Below are positions 38,821 to 53,070 of a stretch of 64,000 bases of DNA, one piece after another; the first letter of the stretch is position 1, and every line of letters begins with the position of its first letter. The DNA lies in assembly GCF_036365525.1 (NCBI RefSeq), contig NC_090372.1, positions 33,289,437-33,353,436 on the forward strand, written 5' to 3'. The position numbers were made by a program, and so were the translations under genes. Below the pieces are notes generated by a model that worked only from the letters and a program-made list of their open reading frames with translations, had not been told where the DNA came from and did no database searches. Origin of the DNA: Heterodontus francisci. Taxonomy: Eukaryota.

Positions 38821-40519
38821 TCTCAGGCCTGGAGGCCACGTTTGATGACTAGATTGAGAGCTATCTTACCCCGTTTGCTCTCTTGTGGGAGCTGAAGACT
38901 TCAGTTCTTTGCAATATTCAGTTGGTTTCAGTACCAACACTTTAAATTGTGTTTGCTTACTGGGAGGAACTAGATATAGAGATTTAATTTATTTCCTGGC
39001 AGGCAGTTATTCATGTAAGTCTTTTCTGTATTCATAATCATCATACACAAGACAACATTTAAAATTTTGAAGCCAATAATGATTTTCCAATAACTTTACT
39101 TGGGGAAACTTTGCTTTTTGACCTTCAGTCTATTCAAATTGTCACAGAAAATAAAACATTTTTTATTTATGTATTTGTTCCAATGGCCATTATTAGTGTT
39201 GTTGGATGAGAATTCTCAGTGTCCATTTTTTCCCTCTTAATTTTTGGCCAGGACAAAAATATGGCGAGTACTACATCACAAAGTGTACTGAAACTTTGCC
39301 GTTGAGCTCAATGATGGTTGAAATTAAGATGTGTGTCATCTCAAAGTCTTTATTCTGTCAAGAGCCTATATTGCTCAGTCATATATTTTTCATCAAATTT
39401 ACAGAATTCCAAAAAGTTGAACCGTACTCTTATTAATATGCATGATTATCCTGTTTCATGTCATGATTAGCTGCAGTTAAGTAGGGTTCAGTCAGCTCGA
39501 GATGCTTCGTTTCTGTGACTTTATGCCCATGTATGTTTCTTGATTTAGTGAATTGACACTTAAAACAATGGTTGGGAGCTATGGTTGACAATCCTATGTT
39601 TGTATCTGCCTCAGAAAAGAGAGTGCAGAATTTAGTGGTGAGGGGATGGGTCTCTCACTGGCTACATTTGAGGTGTCAGAAGGGCATGCACTCTTGAAGC
39701 TGTGGAATGACTGATGATGATTGAAATAGAGTGGAGTCAACTTAATAGGATTGATAGATGATGGAAGGGGAATAGAGTGACATGGGATTAGAGTAAGCAA
39801 ATGGAAGTAGGACTACTGCTGATATAAACAACACAGACTGGGTTGAGTATCCTGTTTCCATGTTGCACTTTCTATTAAATTATGTGTATTCTGTTTTTCT
39901 CTCTTTCCCCACCCCCTTGCCATGCACGTGTGCATACCATGTGATTCATTCTTGTTTCTGGATTAAATTAATTCCATCTGTCATTCCCATACTGATTTTT
40001 ATTTTACCTCCCTATGATGCATTGCTCTTGGTTCCCTTTGAAAATGGTTTGACTGGAAATCATTCCTTTAAATTCACAATTATTTTAAACCTTTTATAGT
40101 CTTCAGTATTGAAAATGAAGTCTGGCAAACGAATCAGGATTAATACTATAGTTTTATAAGTTTCCCTTTTATTCAAAATTTTTGAAGAAAAAAATGCCAG
40201 AATTTATTTAAACAGTGAATTATTTACTTCATAATTGTCAGTATGTTGCACCATGTTGGAACACTTCTTCAAAATTAATGGCCCCTTTGCTCAATAAATG
40301 ACTAGAATCCTGTGGAATGAAGAAGTTTTGTTCCTAATCTGTCCTTTTCATCCCTTTTTCAAAAAGAGCCAACTGCCAGACCATCACTGACTCCAAATAT
40401 TACAATTCCAGTGTGAGATATTTAGCTTTACAGTTGTTAAAAATAGAAATTTTAAAAAGATATAGATAGAAAATTGGTCCTTTTTTATTTTAAGAATGTG
40501 ATTCTGGTATGTTTTTAAG

Positions 40520-40696
40520 AAGAAAAAGTCAGCACTATTTGAAGTGGCTGAAGTGGTACCGGTTATGACCAATAACTATGAAGAAAATATCCTCAAAGGC
40601 GTACGGGAGTCCAGCTACTCACTGGACAGTTCCATAGAGCTGCTGCAGAAGGATGTAGTTCAGCTTCACGCACCTCGCTACCAGTCCATGCGCAGG
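40520..40696 (+). CDS. C6orf62: C6orf62 coding exon 2
   Basis: [59 protein letters not shown]; AAG acceptor, GTAAGT donor. Confidence 0.96.
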
Positions 40697-42334
40697 GTAA
40701 GTAGGATGAACCTTTTTGTTTCAGTAGAATATTAAATGTTCTAGTTTGTTTTCAGACCAGCACATAATCTCATATCTGGTAGCCTGCTATAAGTTGGTAC
40801 TCTGGGTGTGGGGGGGGTGTTCACATCAGAAAATCAAAACCAAAAATACTGGAATAACACCGCAGTTCTTTCATCTTAACAGTAAAAGTAGGTTCGTGTT
40901 TTGTGTATTTGTCAACAGATGAAACAACTATTAATACTCTTGCATATGTATAACTATTTATCTATGCTGATGCAGACTTTACCCTGATTGTCTGTTGTTT
41001 CTGCATTGTATCAATACGGAATCTAATATCCGGCTGGATGCCGGCTCAGAATTCAAAGCTGGAGTTTCCGTCTGCCAGAGTGGGGTTTGACCACTGCACA
41101 GTCTGACCTAGAGTGGGAATGCTACCGCTAAGCCAAAGATTTGCTTGTGGATTGGGCTATTATTCAATATTTTATAATTGTTGAAACTGGTGTCCATTGA
41201 CAGTCGTGCAAACTGACTGCATTAAGTTATGTTGCTGGCTCTTTTCTCAGGCAAAATTGATTTGTGTACAGACTTGCATCCATCTGTTCACTCGTATCGA
41301 CCGATAGCTTTTTACTGGCACCAACAATGCTAATGGGATGGTTGGTTCTTTACTAATTAAAAACAAAGGCAGTCCAGGAAACTTTTGAAAACATTTGCTT
41401 GGTGCTGCTGATCTTGCAATCTAATAAATCATAGATTCTGCATTGCTTACCCATTGTCTCTCGAGACAAGGAGGCCAAAGAAGATGATGATGCAGAAATC
41501 ACACCACTTCTGCTAAATCAATTCATGCTTGGATTGTTTGATGTAAAACGAAGTTATACTAGATTCTCTGTGTTGTAAAGTCATTTCAAATAGATGCAAG
41601 CTTTGCATTATAAATTGGCCCTGTAAACCACCCAGATACCTCATTTTAATTTGAAGAGACAGGGTTCCTTTGACCTACTGGCTTTGTTCCTATTGGCAAA
41701 GATGCTGGATAACCACAAAGGAAACCTGGAAAGTAATTTGGCTAGGGAAATATGATCATCTGCAGGGAGCAATTTATTCCAACGAATAACCTAACTTTGT
41801 TATTCACGTTGGTTATGTAGTATATCGTACATAAGCTGTTGCTGGGTAGATTATGTATATAGACCTTGAGCAGCATCACAGGATGTGATGTCACAAGTCT
41901 GAACCTCATGTTGCTCAGTGTTCATGCAGATACTTTAGAGATGAGACCCCTGTAAATAAACTGCTGTTACTTTGACCCAAAGTCTACTATGCTCATTTAA
42001 TACTAACAGCACACTGACAATGTCGTACAGGTTAAATTCTTAACTACTCCTTTACAAAATGCATATGGATTCTTCTGTTCTAAATGTAGACTGGCGCTGA
42101 AATACAAGATGCTTGCAGCCTTTTGAACCAAAATAAAGGATACTGTGATAAGACACTGGAAGCTGAAAATCCATAATGCATCTGACCTCCAGTTTATCTT
42201 TTACCCTGAGCTACAACCATAGTTATCAAACTTGACCAGCAAAGGTGGCTCAGATTGAGATCACTAAAATTTGGTTGCTGTTTCTGATACGAATGCCATT
42301 TAATGCTGATGTGGGAATTTTCCTCCTCTGTTAG

Positions 42335-42460
42335 GACGTAATTGGCTGTACGCAGGAGATGGACTTTATCCTTTGGCCACGGAATGACATAGAGAAGGTG
42401 GTCTGTCTCCTGTTCTCCAAGTGGAAGGGTACAGATGGTGAGCCTTTCAGGCCTGTTCAG
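42335..42460 (+). CDS. C6orf62: C6orf62 coding exon 3
   Basis: [42 protein letters not shown]; TAG acceptor, GTACTA donor. Not present in the ORF track. Confidence 0.95.
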
Positions 42461-43184
42461 GTACTATTTCACCATTCATTGTTACATAAGTATATAGAAT
42501 GAGTTCTGTCCATGTAGCTTTTTCCTCTTGGCTATGACTTTTCCAAGCTTGTTGACAATTGCTGACTTTTTTTTTTCCAATTGGTTCAACGATTTTTGTC
42601 TAAAAGTCATGTTTGTACAAACTGCAGACAATGTGTTTGAAGTTTGGACTGATGTTGCAAATGATTCTTCGTGACTGAATATATGGGATTCATTTCAAAC
42701 ATCGTTCTCAAGTGTCACCTGTGTTTTGATTAAATGGATCCTTGTATAGTACATGCAATGTTGTTTTGATAGTGTGTAGATTTTTTTTTCTCATTTCTCA
42801 GTTTTGCCCCTGCTGGGTTAATTTAAGGTACCTTGTTAAAATAGATTAGTCATATGTGAAGCTTGGGTGGAGTGCTTACAGGTTATTTGACTATGGGACA
42901 TTATAGCCAAGCCTGACCCTCTACTTACCTGGAGTCCCACATACATGCAAGGGTAACTGGATAGAGGCCAGAAGCAGGAGTTCTGGCAAATATGAGGAGA
43001 GGCGATGAGACCAATTGCAGCACCCCTACATCCATTCTAACTGAAATCAGTTGGACCTGAAATTGAACCTGGGGCCGTGTTTGCTCAGTTATTCACTGGA
43101 TACTTGGTGAGCTCGCGGTTAAGCCACAAATCTAATCTTATTTTTTAATGCCATCGTATTTTAAAATATTTACTGTTTATGCAG

Positions 43185-43319
43185 GCCAAGTTTGAGTTTC
43201 ATCATGGTGATTATGAGAAACAGTTTCTGCACTTACTTAGCCGAAAGGATAAGGCAGGACTCATCATAAACAACCCAAGCCAGTCCATCTTTCTGTTCAT
43301 TGATCGTCAGCACTTGCAG
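43185..43319 (+). CDS. C6orf62: C6orf62 coding exon 4
   Basis: [45 protein letters not shown]; CAG acceptor, GTGAGT donor. Confidence 0.96.
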
Positions 43320-44519
43320 GTGAGTATAATGCTGATTGCCTTTGTTTTTTCTAAAGATATTCAGTTCCAGCTACTGTTTAACTAAGGGGATATGGAAATA
43401 GTGGCATGGCAGCCAGTTTTAATTGTTGATTGCTATTGGTGTTTACAACCTGATTCATTCATCTGAATTTTATGCTGCTTCATGTTTTTTAACTTTGTGG
43501 ACTGATGTAGCAGCATTTTAATGGTACATTGATGGAGCTGTGCTATTAACTCTGCCATTCTGTGTGACAGTTCTTCTCTACATGATTCCATATAATTACT
43601 GCTAGGTTTACATTCTAGGACCTGTAGGAGACTATTCCAATTTGAATGCATTTGTTGACTTGCACTGTTGACATGTTATAGGGCTATGGTTGCTTTTGCA
43701 GAAATGTTTGCTGTGAAAGAAGCTCTTTTTTTTGATTCAACAGGATGCCATTTTCATGTATTGATAGTGTGACTGCGGACTATAAATTCAATATTTTTAA
43801 GAGTTAATTTTGAGATTACCTAATTGGGGTTAAGCTTCCATCTCACATTGGACCTTCAGTCTGTACAAAAGTAACTGCTCTCAGTTTAGGTGCTGCAGTT
43901 GACTCCAGAGTGCCTGCATTAGAGGAGGGGGTGTGGGGGGAGATAATCAGTCAGGGTTCTTGCTCCTGATCACTGTACTGTACCAGGGTTTCCAGTGTAT
44001 GGACACTGGGTGAGATGGGATTGGCTGTGCTGTAGTCTCCATACCGAGAGAGTCTGCTGGCACAGGCTGTCGAGGCTTAAATATGAATGGCAACTTGAAT
44101 GAGGTACTGGAGGATGATCTCAGTCTGTGGAATCAAATCTCAGGAAGACCTCAGAAGGGTGGGGAAAAAATAATCAAGTTGGAAGGAATTTTATGACTGA
44201 TAGTAAATGTTTCATGAGCTCAGTGTAGATTATTCTTTCTAGCAATTTCATTTTGGCCATAAGTCTGATACTGTTATATTCAAATAGGCTGAACATAAAG
44301 TAACTGTTTAATTTGGGGTTTGTGACCCAAATGCAATGTTTTTCTCCTGCAGGGAGACCTTGGGCTTTGTCTGTGCCTTGTATGCAAAGATGCCCTATTT
44401 GCTTATCAGAAGAGTTAACCCAAAATCAGAAGGATTACAATGTAATCATCAAAAATGATTTGTAATTTTGATTAAAGAGAGATTATTTGGAATTTATTTT
44501 TCCTCACTCCTTACCGCCA

Positions 44520-44543
44520 CCCCCCCCCCCCCCCCCCCCCCCC
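44520..44543. repeat. Poly(C) tract
   Basis: About 24 consecutive C residues in C6orf62 intron 4. Confidence 0.9.
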
Positions 44544-45081
44544 AAAAAGTGTTTTTCTCCACAGAATTTTGAAGTTTAATTTCTGTTCCCTGGTGTAGTA
44601 AAGCTCAGCATTTGCCAATTCTAAGGTGGTAATGCATTCTTCATCCACAGAAGCCTTGCTATTACTATCCTGGTCAGTAAAGCAAGCCATTTTTCACATG
44701 TATGTTATGGACTCTTCTGGTGATCAGTGCCAAAGCTGACAACTGCAAAAATGTATGTTGGTAACCTTTTAAATCAATGATAGGTCTCTGGAAGTTCAAA
44801 GTAACATTAAACTTAACTTTGGCTTTTAAAGAAAAAAAACATACTTACCTCACTAGATTGAAGAGGAGAGTACGTTACATTGGAACGACTGACTCTTGCA
44901 TGTTCTGATAACATGATAATCTGCAAGTACCCAAAATGAAAATAATGCATCTCTTACAATTTCTAAATATTGACTTTTGAAGTAGGGCCATGAAAGTACT
45001 TCACAATCTAGTTTTTGTTTACATTTAATGTGCAGCTGTATTGCAAATTAACCGTCATGGAATTTTTTTTTTATTTTGCAG

Positions 45082-45207
45082 ACTCCAAAAACTAAGGCCA
45101 TAATTTTCAAGTTGTGCAGTGTCTGTCTTTACCTGCCACAGGATCAGCTTACCCATTGGGGAGTTGGAACCATTGAGGACCACCTCCGTCCCTACATGCC
45201 AGATTAG
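45082..45207 (+). CDS. C6orf62: C6orf62 coding exon 5 (last)
   Basis: [41 protein letters not shown]; CAG acceptor, TAG stop. Confidence 0.96.
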   Translation, partial: TPKTKAIIFKLCSVCLYLPQDQLTHWGVGTIEDHLRPYMPD

Positions 45208-46805
45208 GGGCAACAGCCAGCAAAAGAGGGAAGACCATAAGAGCCAACAACAGTGAACTCACATTTCATCTTTATTTCTGAGTTTATGATCCAGTCATGA
45301 AAAGAACAGTCTGTTACAAAGCATACTCATGTTGAAATTTAGTTTTTTTTTCCAGTCATGCATATCTCAGAACTTTTTCTTTAATGTATTAACCTGCACA
45401 CTCACTGTAATAGGCTGCTTTGCAGTTAATCTGCATTGTGTCAACTCCAAATGGAAAACAAAAAGGTGAAATTTGAAGAGATTGTTATACATTGATGCAT
45501 ACATACCAGAAATGTACATATTAGTCTTCTCGTTTGTGCTGGTTATGTACCCTGACAATTACAGTAGATGTTCTAAGATGTAATGTTAGGGTGAGAGTGC
45601 ATTTGACAAGGATTTCAGCAATTAAAGGATACAACTTAGATGAGTTGTCCAGATGAAGGGCTTTAAAGCTGAATAGCACTATCATTACAGTCCTGATAGA
45701 TACATTTATATTGGAGACCTACTGGTCATAATTTAATGACAAGCAACTGAAAGGGGTGAAAGTAATCTTAAAGTACTCATTTAAAAATCTCTTGTGTAAT
45801 GTAGGTCCTTGTAGCTTGTGTGGGCTACATTTGAGTTTGCTGGCATGTTCTTTTTGGATCTCTTTCCCTGAGTTGCTATATAAACGTACAAAGGAGTTTT
45901 CCTTCTATACTTTGGGGAGTTTTTAGCAGGTTAATAATGGGCAGACTCTGCAAATAACAGAAATGGAGTCTCGAGGAGCAAAACAGCTACAAAATCGTCA
46001 CTAAAGTTCAATGTTACTGGAATTTTTTTTTTAAAAAGCCTTCCTGTAGCTGAAGCAGCTTATTTACCTAGAAAGTGAGGTTGGGACTATAAGATGAAGG
46101 TAGAAAGATGGTGCAAAATATGCTGGTTGCTGATAGCACAGCTGTGTAAAAGTTAATAAAATGACTAATGGAGAATTACCAGTACTTGCATACAAGAAAA
46201 TGCACCTAAATTGCTTCTTAAAAAAATCTTCTGGAGTCTTTCAATTTGGTTATTAAGGGGATTGTTTGTAAGACTTGATTTTGAGCTTGTGCAATTAACA
46301 TGAGGCAGGCTGCCGAGATGAATCGAAGGGGAAAAAGCTTTTCTATGGAGCTGTAAGAAGTCTGAGCTTTCTGAGGTTATTTATGCATGCCTGGCCACTT
46401 CAGATAAGAACAGAGCTAACCAGTAGGAAATTTGTACTCACCTTCTGTTCAAATTGGGAAAAATGAAAATAAATCTTTAATCCATATTGATAATTGTCTG
46501 AATTGTTTCTTGAAAAAATGGTTTTGATTAGCAATTAGAATATGGTAACAACTGTTGGTAGATATACACCATTTTACTGTTTCTACAGAGTTACTGGTTG
46601 GTTCAGTAAAAGTGATCCTGTCATTTCGTACTAACAAATGTAATAACCTGTGAGCAAGGAACATTGCACCAAGTGAAATGAAATTTAAAGGAGATAGGAG
46701 CAGGTAGCAATTAAACATTTGATCTCTGGCACCGGGGTTGCCTGGCTCTAACAGACGGAATAAAAGTTTCCCCTGTTTGCTGCCTCTAAGGATGGTATGA
46801 ATAAA
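45208..46805 (+). other. C6orf62: Probable long C6orf62 3' UTR with several AATAAA (46155, 46759, 46800)
   Basis: Repeat-free AT-rich stretch after the stop codon; true end unknown. Confidence 0.5.
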
Positions 46806-47984
46806 GTTGGGCATTTGTAACCTAGTTCTTAATTAGTGTTGGGATGGTAGCAGTTGCAGTAGCTAGTGCTTTTCCAAGGTTGTGTGATGTATTTTTAGGA
46901 AGTAGAGTTAGAGTAAATCTCTAAGTTGTATTTCTGACCTGAGAATAGTTGACCTTGGCACATGCTGCCGGAAGTGCAAATGTTTTTAACCTCGATGAAC
47001 ATGAAAATTCTATTTTTAAATAACTACTTTTTTTTAAAGTTGAAACGCGTAACAAAATTTGGCAGCAAGTTTCATTTTTGTAACTTGGCACCCTAACATT
47101 ATCAAGAGATAATTCTTTAGGGTGGGTTGATTTTTGAAACTTTAACAGTTATCTCAGCATTTTTTATTTGTCTGCAAACAGACGAGCTATAAATGTTTCT
47201 TCTGAAATTTTCAAACATGTCTTGTCCATTGACCTCCCAGGCTACTGGATATCTGTGCCCAATGAAGCTACCTTCAGCAGTACTTCACTCACTAAATATG
47301 TTTAAGATTGTGTGTTTTGTGGACTTTCACCTTGCCCCAGTAGTGTGTCTCATCACTGCTGAATGATGTGTAAATGGCTAGCAAATGCTGTTTTAATTTG
47401 GACCACACCATCCTGAAGAGTACTGAGCTTTTTAAAATAACTTTCAATCCAAAAATATCCTTTTACACAGTATTGGAGCTATTACTGGAGGTCCAGAACT
47501 ATGTTAACGGCTTGCCTTTATATCGTACCTTTAACATAGCAAAATTTCCCACGGTGCTTAATGAACAATACAAAAAGATTGACACTGAGCCACAGAAGGA
47601 GATATTAGGACAGATGAACCAAAGCTTGATCAGAGGTAAGTTTTAAGAGGCATCTTGAAGGAGGAGAGAGGTTTAGGGAGGGAATCCCAGAGCTTGGGGC
47701 CAAGGCAACGAAGTATGGCTGCCAATGTTGGAGTGATTAAAAGCGGGGATGTGCAAAAATCAGTGGAGCATAAAAATCTTGAAAGCTTGTAGAGTACACA
47801 AAGAGGGGATGTATTTCACTGTGACCCACCTAGTCTAATTCTATGCTCCTGCTTACACCCCGCATTTTACACACACAATTCTCGGTGTAGCACACATGTT
47901 TTTCAAAACTGTTGAATATATATAGTTTCTCGAGGTTTGGTGATGCATAGAAAACTTGTGCATTTACTGGTGATACACACAATA

Positions 47985-48521
47985 GCCGGAATTTTACACC
48001 CCCCGCAGGAGCTGGCAGTGGGGGGAGGATGACCATAAAATTGAGTGGGAGGGGAAGGGGCCGTTCCAGTCGCCTTTCCGCCCCTGCTGCAATTTTGCAA
48101 GCGGCGATGATGAGAAACAGCCTGCCCACCCCAAGCCAATTGGGGTCGGTGGCTCAGGACCACTAGGAGGCTGCCCAGCAAAGCCTGGCGGCCTCCTTGT
48201 TGGCTGGTGGTGGGGAGATCCTCCTGATTGGGCACCCTGTGCTCCCTGGAGAGCCCCTCACACACAAGCCACCCCCACTGCAGCACATTTAGCCCCCTCG
48301 ACTGACCCACCGCTCCCGGTGGCGCTGCTGGGACTGAGCTGCTGGCCCACTGATTGGCTGGCAGCTCTTGGAGGTGGGACTTACTGTCTCGGGCAAAAGT
48401 CCCACTCGAAGCCAATTCAGGGCTTGGGCCACAAAATCATGGTGTGGCTTACAGGCCAGGCGGAGGTGGGCTCCCCCCAACTGTTTGGCCAGTGGGTGGG
48501 GGCTCCAACATAAAATTCAGC
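47985..48521. mobile_element. Harbinger-like MITE related to 2796-3475
   Basis: Termini GCCGGAATTTTAC / ATAAAATTCAGC; GC-rich interior shares GCTGGGACT...GCTGGCC...GATTGGC motifs with the first copy. Confidence 0.55.
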
Positions 48522-49284
48522 GTGTACTGCTGTTTGTGCATATCTCACTCTAATATCAGATTAGCTACACTTGATTAACAGGTTTATGAAACTTAATCTC
48601 TGATCTGGTATTAACAATTCTTATTGCAAATCCATAAGAATGATAAAGCACACCTAGTCCTAAATGCTAAATACCATGCAGTATATGCTCAATAATGCTG
48701 GCTTTCCTTTCTTGTCTGTCTATAGTTGCATGTTGCCAGAAGGGGAAGAAAGTGCTTTGTCTCGTGACTTCCATGCCAGGTCCAGCCCTATTTCTATATC
48801 CCCCTTCTCCGCACCCCTGCCACCAACCCCCCCCCCCCCACTCCCCCAGTTCTCTTTCCTCCTTGCCCCATGAAATTCATCAATGGGCAGAAGATTGAGG
48901 AAAAAACAAGGTAGGTGAGATAGAGTACAAATAGTTCAGGGTAACAGGGCATGTGATGTGCCCTTCCCAAGGGACTGCCTGACCTTACCCATCTCCTGTG
49001 AGATTACACTCCCCACTGTGTGGTATTAGCTACGGATTTGCCATTCTATTCTGTGTTGTATTGCAGTATCCGGGGGAGGCACTGGAGACACAGGCTCTGA
49101 TTGAGTACAGATCCAGGATATAACCTATTTACTCTCATTCTACCTACTAATTACTCTGGTAAATAATTGAAAGCATAATCCACAAAATGTGAAATTAAAT
49201 TATTTAATTTGTGTTACATTTTTCTTGGACAGAGTAAGTCCATTCAAGCACGAGAAGAACATTTTCCGTGAGTCAAGAAATTGT

Positions 49285-49441
49285 TCAGCTGCCTAAATAC
49301 TTTGTGTGTCGACCTTGAGCTAGAAGATTTCCTGTTACTTTGCTCGTCAAATCTACAGTTGTAAATGCGAGAGATTTACCTTCCTTTAGCACCTGAGCAG
49401 TTATGATAATATCCTCTCCCAGTTTCGCTGCATTCATGTAT
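49285..49441 (-). CDS. ACOT13: ACOT13 coding exon 3 (last)
   Basis: YMNAAKLGEDIIITAQVLKEGKSLAFTTVDLTSKVTGNLLAQGRHTKYLGS*; TAG acceptor; ATTAAA at 49203-49208. Confidence 0.95.
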
Positions 49442-49779
49442 CTAAAAGGAGCAGTAATGACCAGTCACACAATAATAAATTTACAGCTATCGAGAAAATC
49501 ATAATTGTTATTGGACAGTGACAGTTTTTTTAAAAATCAAAAATAAATCCTATTGTGCAATTTCACTTTCCTCCTAAATTAACCCCTATTCATACTATTT
49601 TTCCTAGCTGGTCCACCAGAATACTCTAATTCATAAATATCTCCAACAAGGCCACGCTGTTGCTCTTTAGTTGATCTACTTGTACTTGATCAATATGGAA
49701 GTGGAAGTAGCCAATCTACATGCCATAGAAGGTAGATCGAAAAGATGGGTATACCCAAGCTTCACATGCATTGTCAACT

Positions 49780-50525
49780 GAGTCTGGGTTCAAATCCCAC
49801 TCCAGAGACTTGAGGACATAATCTAGGCTGACACTCCCAGTGCAGTACTGAGGGAATACTACACGGTCAGAGGTGTCATCTTTTGAATGAGACATTAAAC
49901 CGAGGCCCCATTTGCCCTTTCTGTATGTAAAAGATCCCAGGTTAGAGGCCTGCTCAGGTTGGGAAAAAAGAACCGGACCCAAGACTGACCCAGCCCAAGT
50001 CCCCCCGATTTTGCCCTGAGGCCAACCCGACTCAAACCCGCCCTGACTCGACCCAACCCGAGCCCGACCCAACCATCCCTTTACTTGCCTTCCTGACACT
50101 GAACCTGCAAGAAGCTGCAGCGCATGCGTGATGAGGTCACTCAGTCACTGCGCAGACTCAGTTTTGTCCCGAATTCCCAGCTCATAAGTTTTTTTAATTT
50201 CAATACTTACCTGCAGAGCACTTACCGCATGTGTCCAACCTGATGCAACCTGGACTCGGCCCGACCCGAGCCCGAAAGCTATGCCCTGAAGATAGGCCCG
50301 ACCTGACCCGAACCCGACACGTCGTCGGGTCCCCTCGGGTTCGGGTTGGGTAGCAGGCCTCTACCCAGGACACCTTTCAAAGGAGGGCAGGGGAGTTATT
50401 GCTGGTGTCCTGGCCAGGCAATATGTTATTCCTCAATCAATGGAATATTTGGTCATTTATCTAATTGCTGTCTGTGGGACATTGCTGTGTGCAAACTGGC
50501 TGCAGTGTTTACAACATTACAACAG
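49780..50525 (+). mobile_element. DeuSINE-like element split by a hAT-like MITE
   Basis: B box GGTTCAAATCCC; Deu-like core GAGACATTAAACCGAGGCCCC...AAAGATCCC continues after the insertion. Confidence 0.7.
49943..50363. mobile_element. hAT-like MITE with CCCGA repeats
   Basis: Perfect 12-bp TIR TAGAGGCCTGCT / AGCAGGCCTCTA; CCCAGG duplicated in the flanks. Confidence 0.75.
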
Positions 50526-50826
50526 CAATGGGGTTAAATCGATAGCTCTTTGAAAGAGCTCTGACAAAATGGGTTGACTAGCTTTCTTCTGTGCTATGTG
50601 AATGTGTGCCCAGCTTTTTTAAAGTTCCATTTCTCTGCTAACGAATATCTAGATGGTTCTAAATGTCATTAGCATCTCCACCACATCTTGCATTTGAAAA
50701 CAATCCTCTATGTAGGATGCTATAAATTATTGGCAGTGAATTTAGATGCTGTGCAACAAGACTTCAGTACTGCTACCATACCATCAAAACAGTTTATATT
50801 TACCAAGTTCTGAAAATTGCACTCAC

Positions 50827-51011
50827 GTTACATTCATGTCTACACTAACTCCCGGTAGTGCCCGTTCTGTATTAAGTAAGGCTGTCGTTGATACCACGTC
50901 AACAAGAGTAGCAGTCAGTCCTCCATGCAGTGTGCCTGCTCGATTCACATGTTCCTGTTGCACTTTCATTTCGCAGACTATTTTCCCAGGACTAGCTGAA
51001 ACAACAGTCAT
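50827..51011 (-). CDS. ACOT13: ACOT13 coding exon 2 (hotdog-fold thioesterase HGG motif)
   Basis: MTVVSASPGKIVCEMKVQQEHVNRAGTLHGGLTATLVDVVSTTALLNTERALPGVSVDMNV; TAG acceptor, GTGAGT donor; 185 nt. Confidence 0.96.
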
Positions 51012-51239
51012 CTAGACAAAGGTGCAATTGTAATTCCATTAGAAATTAGTTTGCCTTTTAAAAATACTATTTTGCTAAATAACGAGTACTGTTCCTTATG
51101 AGACATTAAACTGAAGCCCTGTCTACCTTCTTGGATGGACATAAAAGATTTTATGGTAGTATTTTGACGATCTCCCAGCGACCTTGCTGTGCACACATTG
51201 GCTGCCGTGTTTCCCACAAAACAGTAACGACACTTCCGC

Positions 51240-52677
51240 CTGGAACTGGAAAACTCTATTAACTTTGCTTCTAATTTCCACCATTCTCTCACCTTTACAT
51301 GGTCCATCTCTGACACTTCCCTTCCCTTCCTCGACTTCTCTGTCTCCATCACTGGGGATAGGCTGTCTACTAATATTCATTATAAGCCCACCGACTCCTA
51401 CAGCTACCTGGACTACACTTCTTCCCACCCTGCCTCCTGTAAGGACTCCATTCCATTCTCCCAGTTTCTCTGTCTCCGACACATTGCCCTGATGATGCAA
51501 CCTTCCATGACAGTGCTTCTGATATGTCTTCCTTTTTCCTCAACTGAGAATTCCTCCCCACTGTGGTTAACAGGGCCCTCAACCGTGTCCGGCCCATTTC
51601 CCGCACTCATTCCATCTCCTCCCAGAACCGCGACAGGGTTCCCCTCGTCCTCACTTTGCACCCCATCAGCCTCCACATCCAAAGGATCATCCTCTGTCAT
51701 TTCCGCCACGTCCAGCGTGATGCCAATACCAAACGCTTCTTCCCCTCCCATCCCCTGTCAGCATTCCGAAGGGATCGTTCCCTTCGCGACACCCTGGTCC
51801 ACTCCTCCATTACCGCCACCACTTCGTCCCCTTCCCACGGCATCTTCCCCAGCAATCGCAGGAGGTGTAATACCTGCCCATTTACCTCCTCTCCTCACTA
51901 TTCAAGGCCCCAAACGCTCCTTTCAGGCGAAGCAGCAATTTACTTGTACTTCTTTCAATTTAGTATACTGTATTCGCTGCTTACAATGTGGTCTCCTCTA
52001 CACTGGGGAGACCAAACGCAGATTGGGTGACCGCTTTGCAAAACACCTCTGCTCAGTCCAAAAGCTTCCGGTTGCTGGCCATTTCAACACACCCCCCTGC
52101 TCTCACCACATCTCTGTCCTGGGATTGCTGCAGTGTTCCAGTGAACATCAACGCAAGCTTGAGGAACATCATTTACCAATTAGGCATGCTACAGCCTGCC
52201 AGACTGAACACTGAGTTCAGTAATTTCAGGGCATGACGGGGCCCCCCTTTTTATTATTTATTTGTTTATTTTAGTTTGTTTCTACTGTGCCTACTCACTG
52301 TTTTTTTCATGTTTGTGCTTGGGGCCAGGGCTGTTCATTTTTCTGTCAATTAACACCCTCGCTGTACTAACGCTTTGTCTTTCATCACACCATGAACATA
52401 CCTTTGCTCCATGACCTTCTGGTCAGTTATTCTCTGTGACCTTGTCCTATCAACACCTCTTTTATTATCTTTTTCCCCACCCCCACTTTACTTGCTTAAA
52501 ACCTATTACATTTCTAATATTTGCCAGCTCTGATGGGTCACTAACCTGAAACATTAACTCTGCTTTTCTCTCCACAGATGTTGCCAGACCTACTGAGTAT
52601 TTCCAGCATTTCTTGTTTTTATACCTGAAACATTAACTTTGTTTTTCTCTCCACCGATACTGGCAGACCTGCTGAGC
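51240..52677 (+). mobile_element. Penelope-like element (RT C-terminus, GIY-YIG endonuclease, partly duplicated terminal repeat)
   Basis: FLDFSVSITGDRLSTNIHYKPTDSYSYLDYTSSHP (RT end); CTSFNLVYCIRCLQCGLLYTGETKRRLGDRF (GIY-YIG); frameshifted. Confidence 0.88.
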
Positions 52678-53070
52678 ACCACCACCTGCAGTTTCCCCTC
52701 CAAGTTACACATCGGACTGAATTTAATGAACCCATCATGGGTCCCGGCAGCGGAACAGGAAATAGTTGCTGTCACCACTCGTCACGTGTGTGGCCAGCCC
52801 ACCGCAATCACGTGGTGGACAGCCAATTATCATAAAGGAGGCATGGGGCCCGTCCAATCATCTGACTGGGCGCGTGGTTCAAGGGACCGAATAATTGTCA
52901 GATGACTCCAGAGCAGGTGCTGACGCCACGTTTAAAGCCCTGCCAGACCTGCTTTCATTGCTGTCTTTGAGTCATTTGCTGATTCGTGTTCTTTGTTAAA
53001 CCGGTGTTGGCGTGATCCCTGGACCCCTTAACCCACCACCCCCCTCACACCCGGAGAAGGATAGTGCAGT

